Shown one piece after another: positions 48,556 through 57,783 of a stretch of DNA of 64,000 nt. The translations under genes were made by a program, and so were the position numbers. Origin of the DNA: Spirochaetia bacterium (GTDB taxonomy: Bacteria; Spirochaetota; Spirochaetia; DSM-27196; Salinispiraceae). The stretch covers positions 1-64,000 of the forward strand of contig JBBRCZ010000009.1 of the NCBI GenBank assembly GCA_038204425.1, given 5' to 3'. The stretch's first letter is position 1. Every line of letters begins with the position of its first letter. Under the pieces are notes generated by a model. The model was not told the DNA's origin, made no database searches, and saw nothing but the letters and a program-made list of their open reading frames with translations.

Positions 48556-50084
48556 AATAGCACCTCCCAATGACGACTGCGGATGAGATCTATGGTTTGA
48601 CGTAAATCAGATTCTAGCGGACGATCATCCTCAACTAATTCAAAAATGGAGCCGACTTGATTCATAAGGGGCAAGACGCCCGCCAGATGACTATCTTTGA
48701 TTTGATGCGCGCGTTGACGTAGCCAAAGCGCTTGAGTAAAGGCCAGTAAACACGCTGCTGCAACTTGTTCCGTTAGCTCAAGAACCCGAATACAGTCACG
48801 GGCAGCAATGGTTCCCATACTTACTTTGTCTTGATTATGGCACTCCGTTGAACGCGAAAAAACACTCGCTGGCATGGTGTTCTTTAAGGCTTCAGCGGTC
48901 CAGGCCGAGGCGCCAATTTGAACAGCCTTGAAACCGTGATTGTAGGCAAACTCCCCAGTTTTTCCAGACAGATTTGGCGGTAAACCTCGGTTGAACTTTT
49001 CGTCAACCAAAACCGCCAATTGTCGATCAAGCAAATCTGCCAAATTGGCAACAATATTCTTTAGAGAATCCATCGCAAATGCAATATGACCGCCATAAAA
49101 ATGGCCGCCATGCATAATCGAGGAACTGTCAGGATCAATAATCGGGTTGTCGTTGGCACTGTTAAGTTCGTTCTCGATAAACTGACGCAACATGGGGGAT
49201 GCATCAAAAAAAACGCCAATTATATGAGGTGCACAACGTACGGAATAGGGATCTTGCAAACGATGAGGCATAATGCCATCTTTATGAATCTCGCCTAAAT
49301 CAAGCCGAATCTTACGGGCAACGTCAATCTGGCCAGGATGCGGTTTTGCCTCAAAAAGTCGTTCGTCAAAATGGTAAGCATTTCCTTTGAGCGCCAAGGA
49401 AACCATTGCGGTTAAACGACAGCAAAGATTAGCAAGGTAGTCAGCTCGTTCGAATGCCAAGCAAGCCACCGCTGTCATCACGGCGGTTCCATTCATTATT
49501 GCCAAGCCTTCTTTTGGCTGAAAACGTATTGGCTTGAGGCCAAATTTTGCCAATGCTTCAGCTGCACTTATAACTTTTCCCTCATGAGAGACATTGCGCT
49601 CACCAACAATTGCAGCAGCTATGTAAGACAGGGGCGTTAGATCGCCGCTTGCGCCCACCGAACCTTCTTGTGGCACAAGAGGTAAAATGTCGTGTTCGAT
49701 AAGTGCCATCAACGAGTCCATCAGCCCCATGGTGACGCCTGAATAGCCTCGCCCAAGCGAGTTTAGTCTAACCGCGATAATTGCACGAGTAGTAGCTGCG
49801 TCAAAATGATCTCCCAAACCACAGCCATGAAAACGGGTTAGATGAAGTGGTAGGGTGTGGTAGTGTTCTTTAGCGACTTCTTTATCGCAAGAATCACCAT
49901 ACCCCGTAGTTACACCGTAAATATTGCCACGTTCCTGCAATATTTTTTCCAGAAATGCAGGGCCAGCCAACATTCGTTTGATCCAGTTTGGATCTTTACT
50001 TAGGCTCAAGCTGGCCTCTTTTCTTGAGACCAAACAAATGTCCTCTATAGTAATAGTTTTGTTTCCGATTTCTACTTTTTTCAT
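48552..50084 (-). CDS. Aromatic amino acid ammonia-lyase (HAL/PAL/TAL, MIO enzyme)
   Basis: IYGVTTGYG, GSVGASGDLTPL (ASG), KEGLAIMNGT, QDPYSVRC, NSANDNP, NQDKVSMG. Confidence 0.95.
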   Translation of the reverse strand: MKKVEIGNKTITIEDICLVSRKEASLSLSKDPNWIKRMLAGPAFLEKILQERGNIYGVTTGYGDSCDKEVAKEHYHTLPLHLTRFHGCGLGDHFDAATTRAIIAVRLNSLGRGYSGVTMGLMDSLMALIEHDILPLVPQEGSVGASGDLTPLSYIAAAIVGERNVSHEGKVISAAEALAKFGLKPIRFQPKEGLAIMNGTAVMTAVACLAFERADYLANLCCRLTAMVSLALKGNAYHFDERLFEAKPHPGQIDVARKIRLDLGEIHKDGIMPHRLQDPYSVRCAPHIIGVFFDASPMLRQFIENELNSANDNPIIDPDSSSIMHGGHFYGGHIAFAMDSLKNIVANLADLLDRQLAVLVDEKFNRGLPPNLSGKTGEFAYNHGFKAVQIGASAWTAEALKNTMPASVFSRSTECHNQDKVSMGTIAARDCIRVLELTEQVAAACLLAFTQALWLRQRAHQIKDSHLAGVLPLMNQVGSIFELVEDDRPLESDLRQTIDLIRSRHWEVLL

Positions 50085-50117
50085 TGCATTCCCCTATGCC
50101 AGGTTTATCCTCAGCCT

Positions 50118-51074
50118 TTATTCTGGCTTTTGCCAGAAGTCAAAAAAATTGTACCATTGTGTCGGAAATTTCTTACAGAGCATTTCGAGATAGCCAACAA
50201 ATTCTTGGATCACTATTGTTATTTTCTTCATACGGTCTTTGCGCGAACCACTTAGATCCTGACTGGATTTCCATACGTAAAAACCGTAGGCGCTATCAAA
50301 GTCTTGCTCGTCCAAACGTAAACCAAACATGAAGTATAGTGGAGCATCCAACAGACTAGCAAGAATAAAAGAGCCTTGCGGAAACCAAGCCCTTTGACCC
50401 AAAAAATCAATAGCCTGTGACTTGCGTTGGTTTTCGGCCGAGGTGCGATCAGCTGCTATAATAACGAGGTCGCCCTTTGAAATAGCGTGCTGCAGGCCAA
50501 TAATGGTGTCTGGACCCATATTGCGTGCCGAAACAAGTCGCACCATAGATTGGGGGTTAATCTCTTCCAAAAATCGATTGAATTTGCTGGTTCCAGAAAA
50601 ATCAACAATTGATTGTATTCCAAAATCAGGCAGCAAGGTTGCTGTTTGCTTGCTGCTTGCCAAAGCCCGCAATATTTCCATATTGCCCAAATGCGAGCAG
50701 ATGATGACGGCGCCTTTCTTTTGTTGTAATCTTTGCACCAGCTCGTCGACAGCTTCGGTCATTATTCTTAATTCGTTAATATGCATCTTGCCATCCCAAG
50801 CCGCCACCTTTTCGATCAGCGAATAGGAAAAAGAAAACAAATGTCTGAAAACCATTCCACGCTGGAATCTAAAATCTGGATCTATGGCTTCCAAGCGGGC
50901 AAAGTAGCGTCTGCTTAAGCGTCTTACTTTTGGTAGGAGCAGAAAAAAAACGGCAACCGTAGGATATAAAAAAACTCTTAAACGTTTGACGCCACAGTAT
51001 TTATAGATCAACCAGACTAGCCGAAACTGCCAGATTCCACCACCTTTTTCTTTTTCGCCCGACCAATGTGCCAT
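50118..51074 (-). CDS. LpxL-like acyltransferase (ApeJ C-terminal half)
   Basis: HWSGEKEKG, CSHLGNMEILRAL, AADRT, FLGQRAWFPQG, PTQWYNFFDFW. Confidence 0.88.
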   Translation of the reverse strand: MAHWSGEKEKGGGIWQFRLVWLIYKYCGVKRLRVFLYPTVAVFFLLLPKVRRLSRRYFARLEAIDPDFRFQRGMVFRHLFSFSYSLIEKVAAWDGKMHINELRIMTEAVDELVQRLQQKKGAVIICSHLGNMEILRALASSKQTATLLPDFGIQSIVDFSGTSKFNRFLEEINPQSMVRLVSARNMGPDTIIGLQHAISKGDLVIIAADRTSAENQRKSQAIDFLGQRAWFPQGSFILASLLDAPLYFMFGLRLDEQDFDSAYGFYVWKSSQDLSGSRKDRMKKITIVIQEFVGYLEMLCKKFPTQWYNFFDFWQKPE

Positions 51075-51832
51075 TAGGGTCTATTTCCTTTAACTTTAGC
51101 TGTGGTTCTTCGTAGTATCAACCAAGGAAGCCTAATTAGCATGTTAAAAAAAAGTACCGTATGCATCCACGTAATAGCAACGTTGTCTTTTACCATCCTA
51201 AAATGCGAAATTCCACCTTTAGGATAAATTACTTTAACGGGAAGAAATTTCATAGATAGACCAGCCCAATGGAGACGAACCAGTACTTCAATATCAAATT
51301 CCATCCGCTTAAAAAAGACTCTACTCTTGAGCAAACTTGCAGTAGCTTGCAGTGGATACATGCGAAAACCGCACATAGCATCAGGTATATCTAGTGAAAC
51401 GGTATTGATAGCAACCCAAAAGTTGGTAATTTTCCGACCTAGTTTACGCCCCAGCGGAACACTTTCGTCATAGACTGGACGACCGCATATGGCCAAATTT
51501 GGCTGATTTTTTGATTCTTCTAAAAAAGTTAGGATTTCACCCAAATCATGTTGGCCATCTGCGTCGACTTGCAAGGCGTGGCTAAAACCCGCCTCATGAG
51601 CCCTAAGCAATCCAAAACTAACTGCCCCACCTTTTCCGAGATTTTTTTCAAGGGTAAAAACAGTACAGGTGCTGTGCTGGCTGGCAATCTCCTTTAAGGC
51701 CTGCTTGGTCTGCGCATCACTTCCATCATCAACTAAGATTAGCGGCAAACCCCGAGCAACCAGATCATTGCAGACGCTCCTAACCGGTGTGCCATGGTTA
51801 TAAACAGGTATAACGGCGCAGGCTTTATACAT
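51074..51832 (-). CDS. Glycosyltransferase family 2 (ApeJ N-terminal half)
   Basis: VIPVYNH, VDDGS, NLGKGGAV, QVDADGQHD, DAMCGFRMYPL, RMEFDIEVLVR, GGISHF. Confidence 0.92.
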   Translation of the reverse strand: MYKACAVIPVYNHGTPVRSVCNDLVARGLPLILVDDGSDAQTKQALKEIASQHSTCTVFTLEKNLGKGGAVSFGLLRAHEAGFSHALQVDADGQHDLGEILTFLEESKNQPNLAICGRPVYDESVPLGRKLGRKITNFWVAINTVSLDIPDAMCGFRMYPLQATASLLKSRVFFKRMEFDIEVLVRLHWAGLSMKFLPVKVIYPKGGISHFRMVKDNVAITWMHTVLFFNMLIRLPWLILRRTTAKVKGNRP

Positions 51833-53579
51833 GGCTGGCTCCTAGTTGCGAAAGCTGAAGTTTTCCGCCGGAAAGGGGTGCATCATCACTTTCGGCATTC
51901 ATCTGATACTCAATTTTTGATCTGTCCTCGCACAAAGTCATCTTGAGGATAATTATTTGGTCAGGAACGATAGGTTTCATAAATTTTACTCTTTTGATGG
52001 TATGTAGATAGGAATCCAATCCCCAATAACGATATGAGCAACGCATAATCCAATCGATTTGGACGACGCCAGGAACTATTGGAAAGTTATCAAAATGACC
52101 ATCAAAACAAGGATTGTCAATCCGGTAGACAATGCGCGCCTCAAGCTGATTGCTTGTATGGCTTTCTTGGAGTATTTCAGGCTCGCAAGAATTTCCCGAG
52201 TCTTCAAATAAAGCCACAAGATCCTTCCTCCTAATTTTCCCCTGCTGATCTCGAGGTAAGGCATCCACAAAACGCCACTTACGCGGGATCAACAGTGCTT
52301 CGTAATAGCTTGCCAATGACTGCTTAATGCGTTTTACAATTTCGGGTTTACCAAGAAGTTGGAGTTCCAATTTTAAGGCTTGATCGAGCACAATCACAGC
52401 TGCCACAAATTGCCTTTTCCCTGACAGAGCCAGTACTGATTGATCCACGATACCGTCCAATGAGGCAAGTCGAATGCCCATTTCGTCAAGATTTAAGCGT
52501 TTCTCTTCTATTTTAACCACCGCATCCAGGCGACCAAGCAGAAAAAAAGTCTGGTTGAGAAGCAAGTCTACACGATCGCCCCCAGTATAGAACTCACTGT
52601 TCTCCAGGTAGGGAGAACGAATGCGTATGACTTCATCAGGGCCAGTTTGGAGTTGTATTCCCGCAAAAGGATTCCAGGCTGAGGTTCCCGGCGACGTGCG
52701 CCAAGCAATTCCACCGGTTTCGGTGCTACCAAAAATTTCATGTATCGGAGATCTAGTAAGATCGAATAGTTGTTGCGCCGTTTGTTGGGGCAAATCACCC
52801 CCAGATGACAATAGCACAGGCGCATAATGCAGGTTTTTTAAGCTTGAGCCAAGTTCGGCTAGTCGCTTGTAAAATGCTGGACTGGAAACAACAACCAGCT
52901 TAGTCTGGCAAGCACGTACAAAAGCTTCTGGATACACCAGTCGAATTGAATTGATCGGCCGACTAAAAAAAATCGGCACTAGTATTGCAAAAAGCAAGCC
53001 GTAAAAATGTTGATGACTTACGGTGCTTACAAAAGTGCGATCTTCAAATAATGGACTCCACAGGTCGATGAGGTTTTGCAGCTCTGTCTCAATCTGACCT
53101 AGTGTTTTACTAATTATTTGCGGCTTTCCAGTGCTTCCCGAAGTAAATAAATGGACACTGGGGATTTTGGAATCAAGCTTGCCAATTTCCAAGTCAGGAC
53201 TCACGGCGCTTGTTTGAGACAGAACAGTCTCAATTATAAAGGCGTCCTGGCGGCCGCTTCTTTGGGAACTTACGTTGTCCAAAAGCAAGCCCGTTTCACT
53301 ATCAAGAAGGCTTGCAATAAATTCTGACTGACAGTTGCCGGGGAGCAATACCTTTTTATCACTGGCCAACAAAGCGATAAAAGCCGGAATAAACAAGCCA
53401 GAATCTTCAGTAAAGAGCAGCCATTTATTAAAGCCTTTTTTTAAGACCTGTTTTTGAATTAAGGCAGCCTGGTTTAGGATATCTTTTGCGTAAAAAATTG
53501 TGTTATCAATGTTGGAGTAAACGGGGGTCTGAAGATTATTTGAGAGTTGATCCGAGATAATATGCTTAAACGTTTTCAT
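51825..53579 (-). CDS. AMP-dependent acyl-ACP synthetase fused to a FabZ-like dehydratase (ApeH-ApeI fusion)
   Basis: FTSGSTGKP, TVSHQHFYGLLF, EIFGSTETGGIAWR, GRLDAVVKIEEKR, PRKWR; C-terminal FDGHF..FPIVPGVVQIDW. Confidence 0.9.
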   Translation of the reverse strand: MKTFKHIISDQLSNNLQTPVYSNIDNTIFYAKDILNQAALIQKQVLKKGFNKWLLFTEDSGLFIPAFIALLASDKKVLLPGNCQSEFIASLLDSETGLLLDNVSSQRSGRQDAFIIETVLSQTSAVSPDLEIGKLDSKIPSVHLFTSGSTGKPQIISKTLGQIETELQNLIDLWSPLFEDRTFVSTVSHQHFYGLLFAILVPIFFSRPINSIRLVYPEAFVRACQTKLVVVSSPAFYKRLAELGSSLKNLHYAPVLLSSGGDLPQQTAQQLFDLTRSPIHEIFGSTETGGIAWRTSPGTSAWNPFAGIQLQTGPDEVIRIRSPYLENSEFYTGGDRVDLLLNQTFFLLGRLDAVVKIEEKRLNLDEMGIRLASLDGIVDQSVLALSGKRQFVAAVIVLDQALKLELQLLGKPEIVKRIKQSLASYYEALLIPRKWRFVDALPRDQQGKIRRKDLVALFEDSGNSCEPEILQESHTSNQLEARIVYRIDNPCFDGHFDNFPIVPGVVQIDWIMRCSYRYWGLDSYLHTIKRVKFMKPIVPDQIIILKMTLCEDRSKIEYQMNAESDDAPLSGGKLQLSQLGASHV

Positions 53580-54163
53580 TGCTTAAAAACCAGCTTCCTG
53601 TAAACAAATTCAACAGAAAGCAAAATTCCCATCAAAACATAGGAAACTATGCCATTGTAGATGGCCCAAACGGCCGAATCAGCAGCAACGACAGTCCAAA
53701 GTGATATCGATATATTGAGAACAAAGAACACGCACCAAATTGTAGTTACCGTTCGGCAATAGCGCTCGATTGCTGGGCGATCTTTGGAGGTTAAAAGAGC
53801 TTTATCCCTTAGACTGGCAATCTTAAAAATTACACTTGGACCAGAAATGAGAGAGAACAAAAAAGTCACCAAGAAGAAGCTTGTCAGCAAAACAGGGTAG
53901 ACTTTTACAAAATCAGGGTTATCAGTAATCCAAGCAAATACGATTACAAGACCTAACAAAGAGGCGAAAATCCAAAATTGGATGATTTCTCTACGCGTGC
54001 TACGACTATTTTGACGATTTGCTAGTAAATTTAGCACCGCTACGACTAGTAAAGCGAGTGACAAAACTCGAGCTGAGGCTTGAAAGTAAATGATACCAAT
54101 CAAGACAACCAAAGGATATGCCAATGAAACAATGATCAAAATGAACTTTCCGAAACGGTTCAC
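53576..54163 (-). CDS. apeG: COG4648-type membrane protein
   Basis: AYPLVV, KVYPVL, YCRTVT.IWC.FF.LN, WAIYNG.VSY.LMG.L...EF.YR. Confidence 0.85.
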   Translation of the reverse strand: MNRFGKFILIIVSLAYPLVVLIGIIYFQASARVLSLALLVVAVLNLLANRQNSRSTRREIIQFWIFASLLGLVIVFAWITDNPDFVKVYPVLLTSFFLVTFLFSLISGPSVIFKIASLRDKALLTSKDRPAIERYCRTVTTIWCVFFVLNISISLWTVVAADSAVWAIYNGIVSYVLMGILLSVEFVYRKLVFKQ

Positions 54164-54168
54164 ACGTT

Positions 54169-54423
54169 TTATTCCGTAATGTGATTTACAAGTGCGTAGA
54201 TCACTTCTACTACGTCCTCAACAGTGCGCACTTTCTTAAAAGTCTCAGGATCGATACGTTTGTCAGTAAAGTTTTGTAGCTTAACAATCAAGTCAACTGC
54301 ATCTATGCTATCAAGATCAAGATCCTCAATAAAGCGGGATGCCAAAGTAACCGTCTCTTTTGGTATCTCAAAGGACGTTTCTAAAATCTCTTTGACTTTC
54401 GCAAAAATTTCTTCTCGTTTCAT
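54169..54423 (-). CDS. apeF: Acyl carrier protein
   Basis: EDLDLDSIDAVDL, FKKVRTVEDVV. Confidence 0.92.
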   Translation of the reverse strand: MKREEIFAKVKEILETSFEIPKETVTLASRFIEDLDLDSIDAVDLIVKLQNFTDKRIDPETFKKVRTVEDVVEVIYALVNHITE

Positions 54424-54693
54424 TTACTGCTTCTCAGCTTTCCAGTCTGCACTGATAAATTCGATCAAACTTTGCACCGAGGCAAAATGCTTGCGATTTT
54501 CCTGATCTTCTGCCGAGAGATTGATGTTAAACTTCTTCTTGATAGCAACTCCAAGTTCGAGAGCATCGATCGAGTCCAAGCCTAAACCCTCACCGAACAA
54601 AGGTGCCTCAGTCTTAATATCCTCAGGATTGATATCTTCCAGATCCAAAGATTTGATAATCAATTGTTTAATTTGCAGTTCTAGATTTTCCAT
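54424..54693 (-). CDS. apeE: Acyl carrier protein
   Basis: PLFGEGLGLDSIDALELG. Confidence 0.92.
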   Translation of the reverse strand: MENLELQIKQLIIKSLDLEDINPEDIKTEAPLFGEGLGLDSIDALELGVAIKKKFNINLSAEDQENRKHFASVQSLIEFISADWKAEKQ

Positions 54694-54699
54694 AATTTC

Positions 54700-55479
54700 C
54701 TACTGTTTTTGTTGAGGAATAATAATCAGTTCCATTTCGTGTGTCAATGTTCGCGCTGCAAGGCTTAGTTCTTGTTTGTCAAAAGTCTCCATTTTAAGGG
54801 TTTCTTGCAGTTCAACAAAGAAATGCATGCAAAAATTTTTTGGCGCCATAAAAAACGAATCGCCTTTCCTAAGACCACTTGTATCATCGACCTTAAACAA
54901 CAAAGGGACAATATCTGCGCCACTTCTCAATGCAATCTGAGCACACCCTCGCTTTAGACCGGGGATCGTTTGTTCGCTTATTCGAGTGCCCTGGGGAAAA
55001 ATAATAATATTATTTCCTTCATTCAATGAGCTTTTACAAGCCGCTAACAGATCATCAAATTGTAGCGAGTTAGGTATGTAAAGGGTGCTAACAATAAGGC
55101 GCACAAAGGGATTGGTCCATAGTTTTGACTTTACTATACAATCTGCGCTCGGAGTGTAAGCTATGAGAAACACAACATCAAGCAATGAAGGGTGGTTGGA
55201 GATAATTATTTTTCCGCTATTCTTTTTAAATTGTTTAAGATCACCAAATTTTAGGCGGATTATGCCAAAAAAACGCATTAAGTTTATAAAAAACCTAAAA
55301 GAGAAACTAACAGCGCCACGCATCGCTTTGCGGTATCTTTTTCTGGGGTGTACGAATGTTGATAGGGTTGGAAAAATAAGCAAGCCTAGAATCAATCCAC
55401 CTAGGCCAAAGAAGAAAAAAGAAGTCGCTTTGGCACAAACATACCAAACAGAGGCAAATGGTCGAAAAAAAGCTTTCAT
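54700..55479 (-). CDS. apeD: Lysophospholipid acyltransferase (PlsC-like)
   Basis: SNHPSLLDVVFL, CIVKSKLW.NPF, IFPQGTR, KRGCAQIAL. Confidence 0.9.
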   Translation of the reverse strand: MKAFFRPFASVWYVCAKATSFFFFGLGGLILGLLIFPTLSTFVHPRKRYRKAMRGAVSFSFRFFINLMRFFGIIRLKFGDLKQFKKNSGKIIISNHPSLLDVVFLIAYTPSADCIVKSKLWTNPFVRLIVSTLYIPNSLQFDDLLAACKSSLNEGNNIIIFPQGTRISEQTIPGLKRGCAQIALRSGADIVPLLFKVDDTSGLRKGDSFFMAPKNFCMHFFVELQETLKMETFDKQELSLAARTLTHEMELIIIPQQKQ

Positions 55480-56243
55480 GGCAGTCTCTCCAAGTGTAAG
55501 GTCGCATTACTGCCACCTATTGTTAGCGATGATTCTGCTTTTTGTAGCAGCCATTTTACAAAAATCAAAGGACTAGGATTATTGCTGTTGTCTAATGAAC
55601 TGGGCGAGTACCTATCAGGTACCTGGTCTTCAGAACTATTTTGATAATCAAGATCAAATTGGATGTGGTTGTTTTCATAGTCTCGAGAGAACTTAAAGGC
55701 ACAAGCATAGGGCTTAACCGGATTCTCTGTTAATTCGTTGTATTCATCAGGTAGGCATTCATCGCCTAACAAAACAATTACTTTCTTGCAGCTATTGTCG
55801 TGCAATACAGAGGCCGCTTCTAAGAGCGCAGCAAAAAAAATATCTTGTCCGCCAAAAATGGCTGAAGCAGGGTGCTTGCAATCAATAACTATAGATAGGT
55901 GGGCCACTGGAGTATTAAAAACCGAGACACTAAACGCAGCTGGAGATACCTCGGATTCTTCGATCAATTTTTTGGAGATTCGATATTGTTGCTGTACTTC
56001 TCCATAGCTTGAGGCAAAAATAAGGCGTTGAAAATCTGCCGGTTGTGCGACTTCATAACCAACTTGGACAATCATCTTGCTCAGTTGACTCATGCGGCGG
56101 CGGATCATAGGATCAACAAACAAAAGTGCTGGACTATCCCTTGCTAGTGAGAGTTCTTTTTTGCTATCCGCCCAAGCCTGCCAGTCCTCAGGCGTCTCAC
56201 AACCGGGCGCCCAGCTGCTCCATTTTTCAAGGCAAAGCCTCAT
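55476..56243 (-). CDS. apeC: Ketosynthase chain-length factor
   Basis: WSSWAPG, PMIRRRMSQL, FASSYGE, SPAAFSVSVFN; truncated KS N-terminal fold lacking the catalytic motifs. Confidence 0.88.
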   Translation of the reverse strand: MRLCLEKWSSWAPGCETPEDWQAWADSKKELSLARDSPALLFVDPMIRRRMSQLSKMIVQVGYEVAQPADFQRLIFASSYGEVQQQYRISKKLIEESEVSPAAFSVSVFNTPVAHLSIVIDCKHPASAIFGGQDIFFAALLEAASVLHDNSCKKVIVLLGDECLPDEYNELTENPVKPYACAFKFSRDYENNHIQFDLDYQNSSEDQVPDRYSPSSLDNSNNPSPLIFVKWLLQKAESSLTIGGSNATLHLERLP

Positions 56244-57337
56244 TATTTGCTTGCTACTTTTCTAAAGCGGAGCAATGAATAGTCGTGGATACCCAAGCCA
56301 TTGATAGTTTCTTCAAGGGTAAATCCAGCCTTGGTAATCACCTCTACCAATTCAGCCAGTCGGTACATTTTACTATTGCCGTTGGCAATATTGGAAAAAT
56401 ACAGTGAAGTCGCATGTAGCGAGTAGGCGGCTGCCGGAAAGCGTTGTTGATCCCATAGTGGTTCTAGTACGTAGATATCAGCTTGTGGATCAACTGCAGC
56501 ATACACTTTTTTTAGTATCGTTTCTATTTCGTGAAGTGCAAAGCAATCTAGGAACTGGCTCATCCAAACAATATCTGCACCGGTAGCTAGGGTGCTATTG
56601 GGGTCGAGTATGTTTGTAGCAGCCGCATCGATCCGGTCAATAAACCCTGCGTCGCTGACATTTTCTAGCGCGACTTTAACTTGCCCCGGCAAGTCAACGA
56701 TTGTTACTTTTACATTAGGATCAAAATTGGCGCAAGCAATTGCCCATTTAGCAGTATTGCCACCAATGTCCATCAAACGTGCAGGTTTGTTTTTTAGTAC
56801 TATCGGTAGCGCCTGAGGAAATGCAATATCTGAATAATGATGATCAAAAGCGAACCAGCTTTCTTTAACGTGGACGGGCAGGGTAGCCAAGGCCTCATAT
56901 ACCGTATTCCACGTGCCAAAAACTTCTAGTCCTGTTGGTTTCCCTGTACGCATCGAAGCCTCAAGAGAAAAAGCACCCTCGTAACAAACATCGTGCATAA
57001 AGTCCATATTGGCAATGGTCATGGGATCGTTGATCAGAAAATGCCCGATTTTACTCAATACAAAAGTAAACGGCTCTTGCTCATCCTTTAGCTTAACTAA
57101 CTCCATGCTAAGGGCAAACTCCAGCAGTGTGTTGACTGCATAATAGCTGAGTGATAGATTCTGAGCTACACAATTTGCAGTTATTCCTGACTCACCCGAT
57201 TTTTCGATTTCAGAAAGAATACCCATGTTTCGCAGAGAACGCGATGCCTGAAAAGCATAAGGTCCAAAAGCTATCTTTTGAGCCTCAAATTTGGCTTCGA
57301 GAGCACTCCTGTGTTCTTTCAAAAAAAAATCATTCAT
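56243..57337 (-). CDS. apeB: SAM-dependent O-methyltransferase
   Basis: AQKIAFGP..FQ, SWFAFDHHYSD, MDIGGNTAKWA, VDLPGQ, WMSQFLDCF, ANGNSKMY. Confidence 0.92.
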   Translation of the reverse strand: MNDFFLKEHRSALEAKFEAQKIAFGPYAFQASRSLRNMGILSEIEKSGESGITANCVAQNLSLSYYAVNTLLEFALSMELVKLKDEQEPFTFVLSKIGHFLINDPMTIANMDFMHDVCYEGAFSLEASMRTGKPTGLEVFGTWNTVYEALATLPVHVKESWFAFDHHYSDIAFPQALPIVLKNKPARLMDIGGNTAKWAIACANFDPNVKVTIVDLPGQVKVALENVSDAGFIDRIDAAATNILDPNSTLATGADIVWMSQFLDCFALHEIETILKKVYAAVDPQADIYVLEPLWDQQRFPAAAYSLHATSLYFSNIANGNSKMYRLAELVEVITKAGFTLEETINGLGIHDYSLLRFRKVASK

Positions 57338-57471
57338 TTTCTATACTCACTTACTTTGGTTTTGGTTCCGCCTGATTCAGCAAGCCGCCATTATTAAAGA
57401 AAGAATCATATACTAACAATTTCTTCTATTGACAACAGTATTTTGAGCACAATCAAAAATCTTTTATGAAG

Positions 57472-57754
57472 CATTGGCAGGAGCAATAGCGTTGCCTATC
57501 GGAATTGGTCTGCAAAACTTTCCGAAGGTGCAACAGTCTCAATTCCACTGCGCAGAGAGGGTTTCTCGCGACTAAGGGCCTTCAACTACGGGCAGCTCTC
57601 TGGCGTTGTGGAACCAATTGCTGGAGCAATGATTTTCGTCTGTGTAGAAGAGCTTATCCCTGACTCACAGTCAGGCAATGAAACCGACTTTTTTACAGTC
57701 GGCGCCATGCTTGGGTTTGCAACCATGATGTTCTTGGATGTTGGTTTCGGTTAA
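57472..57754 (+). pseudogene. ZIP (ZupT/GufA) metal transporter 3' remnant
   Basis: GIGLQNFP/EGATVSIPLRREGFSRLRAFNYGQLSGVVEPIAGAMIFVCVEELIPDSQ...GFATMMFLDV; frameshift, internal deletion, no 5' half. Confidence 0.88.
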
Positions 57755-57783
57755 GAAGTACAAAGCACTTTTCACGATGAATC

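Noticed and set aside
51060..51090. GT/acyltransferase split as a frameshift error
   Set aside because: A clean TAATG overlap and a purine-rich RBS-like sequence before MAHWSG indicate two real genes.
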